A stretch of 46,353 nt of DNA, from positions 1 through 46,353 of the IMG/VR virus record IMGVR_UViG_3300031965_000053, one strand, 5' to 3'. The notes under the pieces were generated by a model that made no database searches, had not been told where the DNA came from, and saw only the letters and a list, made by a program, of their open reading frames with translations. Both the position numbers and the translations under genes were made by a program. Below are positions 44,856-46,353 of the stretch, in pieces; the first letter of the stretch is position 1; each line of letters opens with the position of its first letter. Source of the DNA: a virus (taxonomy: Duplodnaviria > Caudoviricetes).

Positions 44856-45718
44856 GGCTCGAAGTAGACCCCGACTGCGTAGTGCTGACGAAGAGCTGTA
44901 CCGCGGCCTTGTATGCAGCGGCGAATGTGTTGCCGGCGTTTGTGCCAAGCGCACCTGTCCTGACCTTTCCAGGTACGCACACGGCGCTCAACCCCGACGA
45001 TCCGCGGTTTGTGGAATGCGGCGATGACGGATGGCCCCTCAAACCCGTCTCGATAGGGGTCGACCTGTGGGGGCGGGATTTTCTAAATGTCAAGGATTGT
45101 CGGATACTCGACGCTGCGCACAATTTCCTTTCGCCGCGACACAGGCTATTTTTGTGCGAACTGGACCGGGCCGTCTGCTACTCCTTTGGCCCGCAGAAGG
45201 AGCTTTCCGCCCCGCTTGGGGGCGCGGCGGTCTTCGGCTCTTCTTTCTTGGCGGCAAAGGCATCCCGGATGCTTTCGGCCGGAGCGGAGAACCGGGGGCC
45301 GGTGTCGGACTCCGATCCGACTTTGCGGTTGCGCGCACAGAAGGGGCTGATGCCCGAGCCTATCGCGGCGTTCTTGCTGGGACAACTGGAGTGCTTGCAG
45401 TCTCGGCAGAGGGTGCGGAAAGACGTGCTGAGATACTACTCCAAGACTCTCAATCTGCGAGTCAAGCTGTACACTACCCCCAACGAAGCCAGCGGACACC
45501 TATGTGTGGTCCGAGTGCCGGCCTGCGCTGAGGCCCGGATACGGCTCGCTCTACGTGACGCGAGAATCGAAACCAGCAAGCACTACCGAGTCAGCGAAAA
45601 CTTCTTGCTCACATACCCGGCCACGAAGGGGCTCATCTCGTTACCGTGTCATCACGCGATGGAGCCGCGAGATGTCGAAGAGGTTGTGTCCATCATTCAA
45701 GCGGAGATGGAAAAATGA
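44618..45718 (+). CDS. DegT/DnrJ/EryC1/StrS PLP-dependent sugar aminotransferase (start uncertain)
   Basis: KSCTAALY, LTFPGT, VDLWG, ILDAAH, YSFGPQKEL (catalytic Lys), GGA and LISLPCH. Confidence 0.9.
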   Translation: MEHDEGQKHRSVQSGVVCARCSQFASGARGAGARPGWLSLCVSAASESAVTRLVGSLHAGWWAPSQHGASQELREEIAVRLEVDPDCVVLTKSCTAALYAAANVLPAFVPSAPVLTFPGTHTALNPDDPRFVECGDDGWPLKPVSIGVDLWGRDFLNVKDCRILDAAHNFLSPRHRLFLCELDRAVCYSFGPQKELSAPLGGAAVFGSSFLAAKASRMLSAGAENRGPVSDSDPTLRLRAQKGLMPEPIAAFLLGQLECLQSRQRVRKDVLRYYSKTLNLRVKLYTTPNEASGHLCVVRVPACAEARIRLALRDARIETSKHYRVSENFLLTYPATKGLISLPCHHAMEPRDVEEVVSIIQAEMEK

Positions 45719-46353
45719 ACACGTACTGGCAAGACCCCGCGCACCTCCGTGACGCTACCTACGGGTGCAAGGACAAGTATTTGCACGAGCAGGAGTGGGA
45801 GGAGATTCGTAAGCTCATCTGGGCTTATTTACCGGACGACCGGCCCTTCTCCGTGCTGGACGTTGGGTGCCGGCGTGTGGAAGACACGGAAGCGGCGCTG
45901 GGCCCCAGGGCCATTGTAACCGGTGTGGACGCTGACCCCATATCAGACAGAACTATGAGGTGTACCGCTGCCGACCTGCCGAAGGTTTACCCCAGCAAAA
46001 AGTTCAACCTGGTAATGTGCAAGCGGCTGCTGTGCAACTTGCCCCCCGACGAGCAACGTTCGGTTGTGCGCGAGATGCGGCGGAGAACTGCCGAGGGCGG
46101 GTGTACCCTGCTGTGTGAGCCGGATGCAACGTGTCACAGCAACGTGTCACAGGCCCGCTACGAGGCCGGAATGCCGGCGATGTGTCGGCCGTCCTTCAAC
46201 CACCCTGTCGACTTGGAGGGGCACGCAACCGTGTTCGGGCGCGGGAGCGTCGTCGTCAGGTACGTGGCGCCCGCGTATTACTACTGGACGCGATTTCTTC
46301 TGCCCTTTATGCTGGGGAAAGAAATCAGCTACGAGAAGGAGTATTTGCGCCGG
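45715..46353 (+). CDS. Class I SAM-dependent methyltransferase (3' end outside window; not in ORF track)
   Basis: ATGA overlap with the DegT stop; MNTYWQ..SVLDVGC..VTGVD..KFNLVMCKRLLCNL..GGCTLLCE. Confidence 0.85.
   Translation, partial: MNTYWQDPAHLRDATYGCKDKYLHEQEWEEIRKLIWAYLPDDRPFSVLDVGCRRVEDTEAALGPRAIVTGVDADPISDRTMRCTAADLPKVYPSKKFNLVMCKRLLCNLPPDEQRSVVREMRRRTAEGGCTLLCEPDATCHSNVSQARYEAGMPAMCRPSFNHPVDLEGHATVFGRGSVVVRYVAPAYYYWTRFLLPFMLGKEISYEKEYLRR

Larger units (their letters stand above)
1..46353. mobile_element. Tailed bacteriophage genome segment, podovirus-like (Caudoviricetes), truncated at both edges
   Basis: TerS/TerL, portal, scaffold, MCP, adaptor, nozzle and ejection genes on the minus strand. 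PolA, helicase-like and nuclease genes on the plus strand. No tail tube/sheath, host housekeeping genes or integrase recognised. Confidence 0.97.

Noticed and set aside
1-46353. tRNA/rRNA genes, integrase/att sites, endolysin
   Set aside because: None recognised by eye; they may lie outside the window or need tRNAscan/HMM searches.

Overview
The whole window is a GC-rich tailed-phage genome segment with podovirus-type morphogenesis genes (SU10/P22-like), cut at both edges. Positions 1-29124 are a minus-strand late module: GIY-YIG nuclease, TerS, HNH, TerL, two GT-A-like glycosyltransferases, portal, scaffold, major capsid protein, a LamG cassette, an 835-aa GT2-TPR-GT4 glycosyltransferase, adaptor, SPFH protein, nozzle, three related fibre-like proteins, ejection proteins and a >2050-aa ORF missing from the ORF track. 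Positions 29036-46353 are a plus-strand early/replication module: small early genes, GP88-like, DUF932, three pentapeptide-repeat paralogs, 2OG-Fe(II) oxygenase, P-loop helicase-like protein, DUF5664 dNTP diphosphohydrolase, DUF5565/RLIG1-like ligase, UDG-like protein, family A DNA polymerase, NDP-sugar epimerase, PD-(D/E)XK exonuclease, SSB-like protein, DegT aminotransferase and a SAM methyltransferase. The strongest unexplained signals are (1) six sigma54-type -24/-12 boxes in 142 bp on both strands near the strand switch, (2) a possible self-contained virion-glycosylation pathway, (3) a 54-bp AT-rich dyad element present once in front of each of two operons, (4) three pentapeptide-repeat paralogs of graded length and (5) a 57-aa ORF with a beta-clamp-binding-like motif. 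All family assignments come from motifs recognised by eye; no database searches were run.
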